The notes: generated by a model not told the origin, from the sequence alone. A stretch of DNA of 64,000 bases from an uncultured virus (IMG/VR IMGVR_UViG_3300029928_000131) (IMGVR_UViG_3300029928_000131), one strand, 5' to 3'. Positions 1 through 8,745 are shown, numbered from the stretch's first letter. Program-made: numbers and translations.

Positions 1-362
1 TCGTCCTCGGCCACCGCAAGGCAAAAATCGCGGATGCCGTTTTTCGCCAGCCGCTCGCCGGTCAGGGCGGCGATGTCTGCTTTCGGCAGCTCCGCGCTGG
101 CCGGCACGATCTTCACGCCCTCGACGGGCGTCTCCTGGATGATCTCATCCCAGCAGCCCCACAAAGCGGCATCAATCAGCACCTCATAGGTCGTACCGCC
201 GTGCATTGTGTCGGCTCTGAAAATATCGCTCAAATTGCACTGGCCGTCCGCGTCCATCACAATGACGCGCTTGCCCGCGGCCGCGAGCTCGGCGGCGAAG
301 TTGATCGTCGTGACCGTCTTGCCCACGCCGCCCTTGTAGTTCATGATCGCAATCGTTTTCAT
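1..362 (-). CDS. parA: ParA family ATPase, 5' part (runs off window)
   Basis: [16 protein letters not shown] deviant Walker A; homologous to 33827-34615. Confidence 0.9.
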   Translation of the reverse strand, partial: MKTIAIMNYKGGVGKTVTTINFAAELAAAGKRVIVMDADGQCNLSDIFRADTMHGGTTYEVLIDAALWGCWDEIIQETPVEGVKIVPASAELPKADIAALTGERLAKNGIRDFCLAVAED

Positions 363-374
363 TTCGTCCTCCTG

Positions 375-572
375 TTATTTCGATTTGCGCAGCCGTTTCG
401 CAGTCTCGTACTGATAGCTACCCAAATCTTCAAATTTCTTTTTCTCGTCCTTGATCTTCGCGTTTGTCGCGTCAAGGTTCGCCTTCCACGCGAGGTAATG
501 CGGGCATTTGTCCTGACACGCCGGGTGCCGATCCTCGCACCTGTAGCACTTGCTGTTGACCTTCTTCCCCAT
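375..572 (-). CDS. Small Cys-rich hypothetical protein
   Basis: CYRC..CQDKC; conserved paralog at 34628-34825. Confidence 0.75.
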   Translation of the reverse strand: MGKKVNSKCYRCEDRHPACQDKCPHYLAWKANLDATNAKIKDEKKKFEDLGSYQYETAKRLRKSK

Positions 573-581
573 GCGCGCCCC

Positions 582-776
582 TCAAAACTTGAAGCACTCG
601 CGCATCGTGTACCCGCAGACCTGAGCCTCCACCAGGAAAAAGTGATGTTCCTCGTTGATCCACACGATCTTGCCGCGTACCTTTTTCCGCTCTCTCGTGC
701 TCTTGGGGTTCTCCTTGCCGTCCAGATTGCAGTACGCGCAGGGCGTCCAGGCGATCGGCTGTCCAATATACGGCAT
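582..776 (-). CDS. Hypothetical protein
   Basis: RBS; near-identical paralog at 34835-35029. Confidence 0.75.
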   Translation of the reverse strand: MPYIGQPIAWTPCAYCNLDGKENPKSTRERKKVRGKIVWINEEHHFFLVEAQVCGYTMRECFKF

Positions 777-792
777 GATGTCTCTCCTTTCT

Positions 793-2148
793 CTACCGGC
801 GCTTTGCGCCGCTCATGCGCTCGTTGCGAGCATTCCGCTCGACGATTTTCTCATCTTCCTCGACCTCGCGCGCCGACGTCATTGTCATCGGCGTAAAGGT
901 CTGCTTGTCGCCGTCGAACCACAGCAGCGTCCGCAGCAGCAGACCCTCTTTGTTCTTGACGATCCGCAGGAAGCGCGACGTTGCGGGGTTATAATCCCCG
1001 CCCTCGACAGGGCGGTAGATCATGAAGATCATGTCCGCGTCCTGCTCCAGCTGGCCGGACTCCTTGAGGTCGCTCATGCGCGGCTCGTTTTGCTGCGGCT
1101 TGCCCTTTTTGGGCGTCACAGCGCGATCCTCGCGCGTCAGCTGCGCCAGCTCGATCACGAGCTTTTTGCGGCTCTGCGCGAAGGCATGCAGCTCGCGGGA
1201 GATCTCCGCCACCTGCTCGCTGCGCATGATGCGCGTCGAGCTTGGCCGGATCAGCTGCACGTAGTCGATGACGACCACGTCAAAATCATAGGCCTCGGCA
1301 GCGCTCGTGATGTCGCTGACGCTCCATCCGGCCGCCTCGATCAGCGTAAACTTGAGCGCGGACGCCGCGGCGCTCTTGGCCGCGAACCGCTCCCAGTCCT
1401 TGTCGGTCAGCTCGCGCCGCTTGATGGCCGTGAAGCTGATGTCGTTGAGCGCCGCGACCACGCGGTCAGTCACCTTGCGCCGGTCGGTCTCGAGGGAAAA
1501 GAAGCCCACGCGCCACTCTCGCGCCATCCGCAGCGCCATTTGGAGGGCCAGCGCCGTCTTGCCGTCGCTCGGGTACCCGCCGATGATGACCACATCGCCC
1601 GGCTGCGTGTAGGTACCGGCGTCCACCTCGGCGAGACCGTAGCGAACGTACCGCACCGGGTCTTTGGCCGTCTGCCGCGCGGCGAAGTCTTGGATCATGT
1701 CCTCCATCGTGTAGGCCGTGATCTGCCGGCCGCCGCTCTGCTCCTGCTGGAGCTTCGCGGCCAGCTCGCGGCACTCTTGCGCCGTGCCGGCTGCGGCCAC
1801 CTGCATCGCAAGATCCTGCATGCGCCGCATGCTGGCCTGCTCGGCCATAATGACGGCGTACTCGCGCCAGTTGGCACTGGTCGTCGTGATCTCAAGCAGC
1901 TGCGCAAGATACTCGCTCGACTCCTTACCGACCTTGTCGCGGATCGTCACCGGCGTCACCGGCTTTGCCCGCAAATACAGGTCGCGCGCCGCGCGGTAGA
2001 TCTGCCGGTTGAACTCGATGCGGAAATCCTGCTCGCGGACGGCAAACAGCACGTCCTTGACGATCTCCGGCGCGGCGACCATCGCCCCGATGACCGCAGT
2101 CTCAGCTTCCAGCCCTGGGCGCGCCTTTGTCTCCTGCGCCATGCTCAC
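793..2148 (-). CDS. dnaB: DnaB-like replicative helicase
   Basis: GGYPSDGKT Walker A, IDYVQLI, SDLKESGQLEQDAD motifs. Confidence 0.95.
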   Translation of the reverse strand: MSMAQETKARPGLEAETAVIGAMVAAPEIVKDVLFAVREQDFRIEFNRQIYRAARDLYLRAKPVTPVTIRDKVGKESSEYLAQLLEITTTSANWREYAVIMAEQASMRRMQDLAMQVAAAGTAQECRELAAKLQQEQSGGRQITAYTMEDMIQDFAARQTAKDPVRYVRYGLAEVDAGTYTQPGDVVIIGGYPSDGKTALALQMALRMAREWRVGFFSLETDRRKVTDRVVAALNDISFTAIKRRELTDKDWERFAAKSAAASALKFTLIEAAGWSVSDITSAAEAYDFDVVVIDYVQLIRPSSTRIMRSEQVAEISRELHAFAQSRKKLVIELAQLTREDRAVTPKKGKPQQNEPRMSDLKESGQLEQDADMIFMIYRPVEGGDYNPATSRFLRIVKNKEGLLLRTLLWFDGDKQTFTPMTMTSAREVEEDEKIVERNARNERMSGAKRR

Positions 2149-2915
2149 ACCCCCCAGCCGAGCGGCAGCGCTGCGCTGCCCTCCGTCCTGACTGCCGGAA
2201 TCTCGTCCGGCTTGAGCTCGTAGACGGTAAGCCAGTTGCTCGTCGTGGCTTTATCCAGCAGCGCGAGCTTCATCTCGCGCCGCCCGCCGGACAGCTCGTC
2301 CAGCTTGCGGAGGATCCCGTTCAAAGCCCGCTCGGTCTTCACGGCTTTCTGCCGGTTCAGCTTGGCGCGGTTGTCGAGCAGCCCCATGATCGCCTCGTGC
2401 AGCTCGTCATCGCCACCGCAGTATTCCGCGACTCGCTTTTCCACATCCGCGGGGGTTATAGGGGTTTGGTTCTTTCTGTCTTTGGTTCTTTTAGTATTTA
2501 TTTGGGTCGGAAAAACCGATGACGGTTTTTCCCGTTGTCGGGTTTCACCGTTGTCGGTGTTCTCCGACAACGGTGGCGCTTCGTCCTGCAAAACGTAGAC
2601 GTTGCCTGCAAAATGGCCGTTTTCGTCATGCGTCTGCTCGCGGGTCAGGTACCCCACTTTCTCCAGTTTTTCGAGCAGTCTGCGGATGGTGTCTTTGCTC
2701 ACGCCCACATAGGCCGCGAGGCCCTTGACCGAGTATTGCCACCCCTCCGGCAGCCCGACCATGATGGCCAGCAGCCCGCGCGCATCCAGCGGCAAACGCT
2801 TGTCCTCAATGGCGCTCTTGTAGAGCACCGTGAAGCGCTGCTTGCGGCCGGACTTGATCTGCCCCTCGCTCATGTCATCGCATGGCCGCGTGTCTTTTTC
2901 TTCTGCCATGTGCAT
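2145..2915 (-). CDS. Phage replication initiator (N-terminal winged HTH)
   Basis: ARGLLAIMVGLPEGWQYSVKGLA..LEKVGYL; directly upstream of helicase. Confidence 0.8.
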   Translation of the reverse strand: MHMAEEKDTRPCDDMSEGQIKSGRKQRFTVLYKSAIEDKRLPLDARGLLAIMVGLPEGWQYSVKGLAAYVGVSKDTIRRLLEKLEKVGYLTREQTHDENGHFAGNVYVLQDEAPPLSENTDNGETRQREKPSSVFPTQINTKRTKDRKNQTPITPADVEKRVAEYCGGDDELHEAIMGLLDNRAKLNRQKAVKTERALNGILRKLDELSGGRREMKLALLDKATTSNWLTVYELKPDEIPAVRTEGSAALPLGWGV

Positions 2916-3003
2916 CTCCTCCAATGATCTCGACAAAGTCTACAAACTTCGTCACCAACGTACCCACGCCGACGAATGTGAAAAAAATCGCCCATCCGCT
3001 CAT
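2875..3003 (-). CDS. Small membrane protein
   Basis: MSGWAIFFTFVGV; paralog at 37131-37259. Confidence 0.5.
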   Translation of the reverse strand: MSGWAIFFTFVGVGTLVTKFVDFVEIIGGDAHGRRKRHAAMR

Positions 3004-3572
3004 CGTGCATACACCCCCTTTGACAAAACGGGGCTTGCATTTCCGCGTGAGTATGCTATACTGTTCTTGCAATCGTTTTCAGAGTTGAACCTCTGAGACA
3101 CGGAACGCTTCGACGTGCCACCGTCGGGGCGTTCTTTTTTTGCGCCGTCAGCGTAGATGACCTGATAGGCCGCGGCGATGGTCTCGCGCAGCTCCTGCAC
3201 GATGATGTCAAACTCTGACCGCTCCGTCTCGTCGATCACGCCGTCCTCGGCGATCCGCAGCAGTCCGTCGATGCAGTCCGCTGCGTCCCGCAGCCGGTTG
3301 GTCAGCGTGATCGTCGCCTGCGGCAGCGGCTTGGCCTCCACCTCCGGCAGCACGCCCAGCTGATCCGTCGCGCGGCTGTGCTCCAGCGCGAGCCACGGCA
3401 GGTCATAGACCTCCACCATCTTGGCGACCACGCTGTCCGGTGGCACGCGCCGCCCGCTCTCATATTGTTTCAGACTTTCCGCCGAAAGTCCAAGCCGTTC
3501 GGCTGCCTCTTCCTGCGATAATCGGGTAGCCTTTCGTGCCCTTTGGTATAAATTTGGGTATTCACGATGCAT
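3000..3572 (-). CDS. XRE HTH regulator with C-terminal phage regulatory domain
   Basis: LSQEEAAERLGLSAESLKQYESGRR HTH; IAEDGVIDE motif. Confidence 0.85.
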   Translation of the reverse strand: MHREYPNLYQRARKATRLSQEEAAERLGLSAESLKQYESGRRVPPDSVVAKMVEVYDLPWLALEHSRATDQLGVLPEVEAKPLPQATITLTNRLRDAADCIDGLLRIAEDGVIDETERSEFDIIVQELRETIAAAYQVIYADGAKKERPDGGTSKRSVSQRFNSENDCKNSIAYSRGNASPVLSKGVYAR

Positions 3573-3601
3573 GGATATTTTCTCCTTTCTGTGCTATGGT
3601 G

Positions 3602-3814
3602 TTACCAGGTTGACATCCACCGTGCCAGCGGCACAATGGGAATGATGTACTTCCGCCCGACCTTCTTCGCGGGGAAGCTCTTGTCGTGGATCAGCGCGTC
3701 GCGGTCGACGCCGAGAAGTGCACAGCTCTGATCCATCGTCAGCACCTCCTGCCCCTCGTAGCGCTCGCGCAGCGCCTGCAGCTGGTCGCGGAAAGATTCT
3801 CGCTCTCGCGGCAT
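3602..3814 (-). CDS. Excisionase-like HTH protein
   Basis: VLTMDQSCALLGVDR..FPAKKVGRKYIIP pattern. Confidence 0.75.
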   Translation of the reverse strand: MPRERESFRDQLQALRERYEGQEVLTMDQSCALLGVDRDALIHDKSFPAKKVGRKYIIPIVPLARWMSTW

Positions 3815-3816
3815 GT

Positions 3817-4020
3817 TTACTCGCTCCTTTCATCTCGATAGAGGTCATTGATCGTGCACCCGAGCAGCTGCGCGATCTGCGGCAGCGTTTCGGACGACGG
3901 CGCGTTCACGCCGCGCTCCCAGGCGCTCACGGTCTGCACCGTCACGCGAAGATGCTTGGCAAGGTAGCTCTGGGAGACGCCCTTGCGCTCGCGCATCGCT
4001 TTGACATTCAGCTTCAGCAA
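3817..4020 (-). CDS. Cro-like XRE repressor
   Basis: SQSYLAKHLRVTVQTVSAWERG; divergent from CI. Confidence 0.85.
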   Translation of the reverse strand: MLKLNVKAMRERKGVSQSYLAKHLRVTVQTVSAWERGVNAPSSETLPQIAQLLGCTINDLYRDERSE

Positions 4021-4113
4021 AATATCGGCTCCTTTCTTCCTCTTGATTTTTTCGCCGTATCGTGATACTCTCTAAATTGTAAATTGATATCCGTCCAAAC
4101 AAAAAAGAACGGG

Positions 4114-4225
4114 GGAGCGAGGACGAGTCGAACGCCCTTCTGGCAGTGGAGGAGACCATCCAAGTGATAGCCCAGGGAGAGAAACAGCAAGAGTACCCAA
4201 TCATTTGCCGCGCACCGGCCGCTCC
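4114..4225 (-). ncRNA. tRNA-like scaffold RNA with variable insert (copy A)
   Basis: GGAGCG/CGCTCC stem, AGGGCG-TTCGACT-CGTCCT T-arm; homologs at 38424, 39516, 39678. Confidence 0.7.
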
Positions 4226-4251
4226 ATATTCAATTCCTAAACTGTAAATTG

Positions 4252-4302
4252 ATAATAAATCCGCGTTCGCGGAAAGTCAATACTATAATTCGCGTTTGCG
4301 GA
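4252..4302 (-). promoter_or_regulatory. Early lytic promoter with two operators
   Basis: TTGACT-17-TATTAT on minus strand; palindromes TCCGCGTTCGCGGA (4260-4273) and TTCGCGTTTGCGGA (4289-4302). Confidence 0.75.
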
Positions 4303-4345
4303 TTTTTTGTGAAAATACCCAAATTCTATATAAGAGGACAACGCA

Positions 4346-4681
4346 ATGGATACCGAGCTTTTTGTGCAGAATGTAAAGATGTATTGCGCGATAAAGGGCG
4401 TCAAGCCAACAAATGCCTGTGCAGAAAGCGGAGCAGGAAAAAGTTTAATAAGTGATGTCACGAGCCGCGGACGTATCCCTTCTGTCGAACGACTTCAGTT
4501 GCTTGCAAAATACCTTGGCTGCACAGTTTCCGATCTGCTCGGCGAGCAGCCAAAAGCAAATAACAGCTCGCTTCCCAAAGAAAGCGAGCTGTTGCGTAAA
4601 ATTACTGCCCTTTCTCCGGAGTACCGGGAAAAGGCGGAAGAATATCTGGACTTTTTGACAGGGCTTCAAGATAAGCAATAA
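4346..4681 (+). CDS. CI-like XRE repressor (no S24 peptidase domain)
   Basis: PSVERLQLLAKYLGCTVSDLLG; homologs at 39189 and 40889. Confidence 0.85.
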   Translation: MDTELFVQNVKMYCAIKGVKPTNACAESGAGKSLISDVTSRGRIPSVERLQLLAKYLGCTVSDLLGEQPKANNSSLPKESELLRKITALSPEYREKAEEYLDFLTGLQDKQ

Positions 4682-4769
4682 AGAGGGCTCGATGCTCTGG
4701 CGTCAGGTGGCAAAACTTTTTCATCAGGCGTTGTAGATCAGGATCGCTGGTATGTAGCTGGTCGTGCAT
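4602..4769 (-). CDS. Small protein resembling repressor C-terminal helix (putative antirepressor)
   Basis: GGAGG RBS; 55 aa MHDQL..LMKKFCHLTPEHRALFIAYLEAL; not in ORF track. Confidence 0.55.
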   Translation of the reverse strand: MHDQLHTSDPDLQRLMKKFCHLTPEHRALFIAYLEALSKSPDILPPFPGTPEKGQ

Positions 4770-5004
4770 GGTTCGTCCTCCGTTCTTGTTTTTTGGCGTT
4801 CTTGCGCCTTGGACTCTATTGTTGCACGTTGGGAAGCAACATCCGCAATATTAAAAAATCGCCCTCCTCGCCTCTGCAACATCGAAGAGGGCGGCAGTTT
4901 GTAAAGGCATTTTGCCTTGCTGCACATCTATTGTATCAACCTGCGCTGTCGTATCCTGTCAAAAGCGCGGGAGTTTTTTTAATTTACGCAGAATAAATGA
5001 AAAC

Positions 5005-5023
5005 GGTGCCCGAATAGGGCACC
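5005..5023. repeat. Dispersed 19-bp palindrome GGTGYCCGAWTCGGRCACC (first of at least 12 copies)
   Basis: Copies start at 5005, 9811, 17349, 22090, 28445, 33769, 39392, 41227, 42144, 45070, 50990, 59022. Confidence 0.85.
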
Positions 5024-5039
5024 AGAGGGAGATCTTGCG

Positions 5040-5957
5040 ATGAAAGAGTTAGAGGAGTACAGAGAATTTACTTATCCCGCAGAATTGCACAAAGCAGTCA
5101 ATACGTTGCGTGGAATTGTTGCGGGAATTAGCTCAGACAGTGGCGTCAGCGGAAGTGAGATTACCGAATTGACCCATTGGTGCGAGCTCCACGCGCATCT
5201 GCGCGCATGGCATCCATTTTCCGAATTGCTCCCAGTTGTAGAAGAAGCCTTATCTGACGGCGTTGTAACATCGGACGAGGCAAAAGATATTTTATGGTTG
5301 TGCAATAACTTTACAGATAACAGCTCATATTATGATGCAACTACGTCCTCAATTCAATTTCTACAAGGCTTAATCCACGGAATCATGGCAGATGGCGAAT
5401 TGAGTGATGAAGAAATTATTTCACTGAAAACATGGATTGATAACAACGATTTTTTGAATGGAACGTACCCGTTTGATGAAATTTGTTCTATGCTTTATGC
5501 AGTTCTTGAAGACGGGAAGATTGCCAAAGAAGAGCGCGAGCAGTTAATGGCATTCTTTAGCAATGTAATAGACTTTACTTCTTCCTATAACCTGTCTGAA
5601 AAAGATTTCTCAGATCTTCGAGATAAATACAGCGTAGCAGGTATTTGCGCCGCTTATCCCGAAATCATTTTCTCTGGGAAAAATTTTTGTTTTACCGGTG
5701 AATCTCATCGAGCCAAACGTTCTGAAATTGCAGATATTATAAAAAAACTCGGTGGGGCAATGCGTTCATCGGTTTCATCTAAGACGGACTATTTGATAGT
5801 TGGTAACGGCGGGAACCCGTGTTGGGCGTATGCTTGCTACGGTAGAAAAATCGAAGAGGCCGTTTCTCTCCGAAAAGAGGGCGGACATGTCGTAATTGTC
5901 AACGAGATTGATTTTTGGGACGCTGCTGACGACGCGTTAGCAGACATTGAGAAATAA
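5040..5957 (+). CDS. BRCT-domain protein with N-terminal TerB-like helical repeats (AT-rich moron)
   Basis: FCFTGE..LGG..SVSSKTDYLIVG BRCT signature; repeated DG-x-[VLI]-x-x-x-E motifs. Confidence 0.8.
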   Translation: MKELEEYREFTYPAELHKAVNTLRGIVAGISSDSGVSGSEITELTHWCELHAHLRAWHPFSELLPVVEEALSDGVVTSDEAKDILWLCNNFTDNSSYYDATTSSIQFLQGLIHGIMADGELSDEEIISLKTWIDNNDFLNGTYPFDEICSMLYAVLEDGKIAKEEREQLMAFFSNVIDFTSSYNLSEKDFSDLRDKYSVAGICAAYPEIIFSGKNFCFTGESHRAKRSEIADIIKKLGGAMRSSVSSKTDYLIVGNGGNPCWAYACYGRKIEEAVSLRKEGGHVVIVNEIDFWDAADDALADIEK

Positions 5958-5961
5958 CTTT

Positions 5962-7011
5962 ATGGCCAAGTATCCGAAATACTACGTCCGGCCGGACGGC
6001 TTGCACGAGACGATCATCCGCATCAACGGCAAGCGCAAGGCTTTCCGCGGCAAGACCGACCGCGAGGTCTGGGAGAAAGTCAAGGCCTTCGACCGCGCCG
6101 CCGCCGAGGCCGAGGCCCAGCAGGCAGCCGAAGAAGCGGCCACTTTTGCCGCCATCGCCGACCGTTGGTGGGATGAAATCGAGCCCACGCTCGAGCACAA
6201 TTCCACCAAAAACTACCGCCCCGCCCTCAAGCGGGCAAAGGATGAGTTTGGTGGCCGTCAGGTCTCTGAGATCACCGCGCAGATGATTGACGCATACATC
6301 CGCGACTTTTCGGCTACCCACGCCCGCAAAACGGCTGCGACGCAGTTGCAGATCATCAGGCAGATTTTGCGCTTTGCCGTTGTGCAAGGCGCATTGCCAT
6401 ATAATCCGGCCGAGGCCTTGCGCCTGCCCAAAGGTCTGAAAGTGACCTACCGCATGCCGCCGGACGAAGACCAGGTCAAGCTCATCAAGACCCATGCCAA
6501 AGATACGCCCTTCGGCCTGTTTGCCGCGCTGATCTACTATACCGGCTGCCGCCGCGGCGAGGCGCTGGCCCTCACCGGCGCGGACATTGACCGCAAGGCA
6601 AAGCGGATCAACATCTCAAAGTCCGTATACTACGTCGGCAACCATGCGCAGATCAAGCAGCCTAAGACCGAAAAAGGCACCCGCGAGGTGCCGCTTTTGG
6701 ACGCCCTCGACAAGCTGCTGCCGAAGCGGTTGCCAAAAGGCTACCTTTTTGCCGAGCCCAACGGCGAGCCCCTGACGGACGACCATTTTTTCGATGCGTA
6801 CAAAAAATATCAACAGGAGACCGGCGTCACCGTCACCCCGCATCAGATCCGCCACGGCTACGCCACCGCTCTCTACGAGTGCGGTGTCGACTTTAAGACA
6901 ATGCAGGCCCTCCTTGGCCACGCCCAGCTCTCGACGACAATGGACATCTATACCCACGTCCGTCAAAGCTCCCTCAAAGCCGCCGAGGAAAAAATGCAGG
7001 AGAATTTTTAA
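5962..7011 (+). CDS. int: Tyrosine integrase
   Basis: TGCRRGEALAL, HQIRHGYAT, LLGHAQLSTTMDIYTH. Confidence 0.95.
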   Translation: MAKYPKYYVRPDGLHETIIRINGKRKAFRGKTDREVWEKVKAFDRAAAEAEAQQAAEEAATFAAIADRWWDEIEPTLEHNSTKNYRPALKRAKDEFGGRQVSEITAQMIDAYIRDFSATHARKTAATQLQIIRQILRFAVVQGALPYNPAEALRLPKGLKVTYRMPPDEDQVKLIKTHAKDTPFGLFAALIYYTGCRRGEALALTGADIDRKAKRINISKSVYYVGNHAQIKQPKTEKGTREVPLLDALDKLLPKRLPKGYLFAEPNGEPLTDDHFFDAYKKYQQETGVTVTPHQIRHGYATALYECGVDFKTMQALLGHAQLSTTMDIYTHVRQSSLKAAEEKMQENF

Positions 7012-7021
7012 TACCCTCCCG

Positions 7022-7233
7022 CATGAACACACCCGCGAACACAGAATCCGTTTTCCCCTTGCAATTCCAAGAATTAAATAGAGTTCGAATCTCTCCTGCT
7101 GCGCCAAAGCGAAAAGCCTTGGTATTACTGGGAAACCCAGTGATACTAAGGCTTTTTTGCGTTTTTTAGATGTCTTGTTATTGCCAGTTGCAACCAGTTA
7201 TAACCGGTTGCATGAACACAGCTGTGAACACAG
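7022..7233 (+). other. attP of phage 1; core is a tRNA 3' end (7081-7106, possibly tRNA-Ser)
   Basis: GAGTTCGAATCTCTCCTGCTGCGCCA; paired GAACAC arm repeats at 7025/7037 and 7214/7226. Confidence 0.8.
7111..7158. terminator. Intrinsic terminator, probably bidirectional
   Basis: AAAAGCCTTGGTATTACTGGG-AAA-CCCAGTGATACTAAGGCTTTTT. Confidence 0.8.
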
Positions 7234-7557
7234 TCACGCGCCGCGATACATGTCTTGCAGGCGTCTGACGTCGGCCGCTTTCTCGATCTGCTTTTCGTGT
7301 AGATACTCGTAAAGGGACTTCATGCCCTCGGGCGGCTCGCCTTTCTCCTGCCGGTACTTCTGGATCACGGCCTCGATCTCTGCGTGCAGCATGGTCATGT
7401 GCCGCATCTCCTCGCCGGAAAGATCGTAAAACGTTTTCGCCAGCGCCGGGCGCTCATCTTTGTATTTCAGCGCGCATTTTGCGTATTTCTTCGCGTCCTC
7501 GATCTCCTCGTCGATCATCGTCGACAGTTTTTCAATGAGTTTCACTTGCTTCCTCAC
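7234..7557 (-). CDS. Ferritin-like four-helix protein
   Basis: DEEIEDAKKY and EEMRH (ExxH) motifs. Confidence 0.6.
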   Translation of the reverse strand: MRKQVKLIEKLSTMIDEEIEDAKKYAKCALKYKDERPALAKTFYDLSGEEMRHMTMLHAEIEAVIQKYRQEKGEPPEGMKSLYEYLHEKQIEKAADVRRLQDMYRGA

Positions 7558-7690
7558 TTTCCGCAGGCGGTTTGGGAATTGCTTTTTTGATCTCAGTGAT
7601 TGCCGCGTCGCCGATCTGGTTGCCGATGCTGCGCCCTGTGGGTGTGGCCACCATCGCGCCGAGCAGCATCCCGATCAAGAGCTGCACCAT
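7532..7690 (-). CDS. Small membrane-anchored protein
   Basis: GAGGTG RBS; MVQLLIGMLLGAMVA. Confidence 0.55.
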   Translation of the reverse strand: MVQLLIGMLLGAMVATPTGRSIGNQIGDAAITEIKKAIPKPPAESEEASETH

Positions 7691-7700
7691 AGCGCACCTC

Positions 7701-8102
7701 TCAGATCCGCTGCACGCGCAGCGCCACATTATTGACCGTAGCAGCGGCACCGGTAAGCACCAGCGTCAGGGCAGACCCCGCCTCGCAGCAGACTTGGCGC
7801 ACAAGCGCGGGAATGCTAAGATCGACCGTGCCGTTGGCAGCAGCAGTCTCGGACGCGGTCGCGCCGGGGATGGCGACGCCGTCCTTGTAGAGTGTAACGG
7901 TGACAGTGCCGGCAGCTGTAGGTGCGACGGTGATCGAGGCGTCGACATCATAATAACCAGCACCGGTGATGTTGACAGCGTTGCCGTTGAGCGCCACATC
8001 ACAGCCGTAGCGGCGGATAAGGCTGCCAAGAGGGATGACGCCGTCGACCGCGACCGCGGTAGGCGTCTGCATGGCAGCGTAAAGAGCGGATTTACAAGAC
8101 AT
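7701..8102 (-). CDS. Beta-sandwich protein (BclA C-terminal/C1q-like)
   Basis: AVNITGAGYYDVDASITV..VTLYKDGVAIPGA pattern. Confidence 0.6.
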   Translation of the reverse strand: MSCKSALYAAMQTPTAVAVDGVIPLGSLIRRYGCDVALNGNAVNITGAGYYDVDASITVAPTAAGTVTVTLYKDGVAIPGATASETAAANGTVDLSIPALVRQVCCEAGSALTLVLTGAAATVNNVALRVQRI

Positions 8103-8202
8103 TTTTTATTCTCCTTCCATAAAAAATAGGCGGGACGATTGCCCCGCCTGTTATACCCGGCCAGTAGGGGCCTACCATGTTCTCCGTATGGAGAATATGG
8201 TC

Positions 8203-8745
8203 TTAGAGGTTGACGCTGCCGTTGCAGCCGCAAGACGCAGGGATGATCTGGCCTGCGCTGGTCGAGGCCACTCCATACAGCGTGGGCTTGGTCAGCATGC
8301 GGCCTTCGATCGCGTCCAGACGGCGGTTAAAGCCGCAGCAGCAATCGGAGATCTTCGCCGCCAGGGCGTCCGTCTGCTCCTTGGTAAAGATGCCGTTCTT
8401 GAGGTTCTGATTCTCCATCTTGAGGTCGAAGATGGTCTCCTGCAAGCGCTGCTCGTAAATACGGCTGGCCTGGCTGGTGATGGCCTCGGTGCTGGCGTTG
8501 ATCGCCATGCGCGTGTCGTTGCTCTGCTGCTCGATGAGATACTGCGTGCGGGCCGTATCGATGATCTCCTGCTTTTCGACCTCACAGTTGCTCACGCGGT
8601 TGCAGCCGGTGTCATTGACGGGATACGGCATATTGCCGCGGCCAAAGCCGAAGCCGTTGCCAAAGCCGCCGAACAGCGCCGCAATAACGATGATGATAAA
8701 CAGTACCGCGAGCCAGCTCATGCCGGTGCTCTGATCGTTGTTCAT
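8203..8745 (-). CDS. TM + Gly-rich + coiled-coil + Cys-rich protein
   Basis: WLAVLFIIIVIAALFGGFGNGFGFG; heptad region; CCC and CGCNG. Confidence 0.75.
   Translation of the reverse strand: MNNDQSTGMSWLAVLFIIIVIAALFGGFGNGFGFGRGNMPYPVNDTGCNRVSNCEVEKQEIIDTARTQYLIEQQSNDTRMAINASTEAITSQASRIYEQRLQETIFDLKMENQNLKNGIFTKEQTDALAAKISDCCCGFNRRLDAIEGRMLTKPTLYGVASTSAGQIIPASCGCNGSVNL

Larger units (their letters stand above)
1..3600. repeat. Diverged copy of parA(5')-dnaB-initiator-HTH block; second copy at ~34255-37857
   Basis: TCGTCCTCGGCCACCGCAAGG... at 1 and 34255; colinear ORFs with scattered substitutions. Confidence 0.95.

Noticed and set aside
655..2223. Long plus-strand ORFs (also 14134-15873, 22463-24424, 34908-36056)
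   Set aside because: Antisense shadows of recognisable minus-strand genes in GC-rich DNA; no motifs
2915..2923. Initiator RBS as antisense target of the copy A insert
   Set aside because: Only about 9 nt complementarity, expected by chance for Shine-Dalgarno-like sequence
4114..4225. Canonical tRNA genes for the four tRNA-like elements
   Set aside because: No D-stem, no 7-nt anticodon loop, no encoded CCA at the canonical position
7081..7106. Complete tRNA gene (and complete tmRNA at 44841-44866)
   Set aside because: Only 3' ends present; treated as att cores
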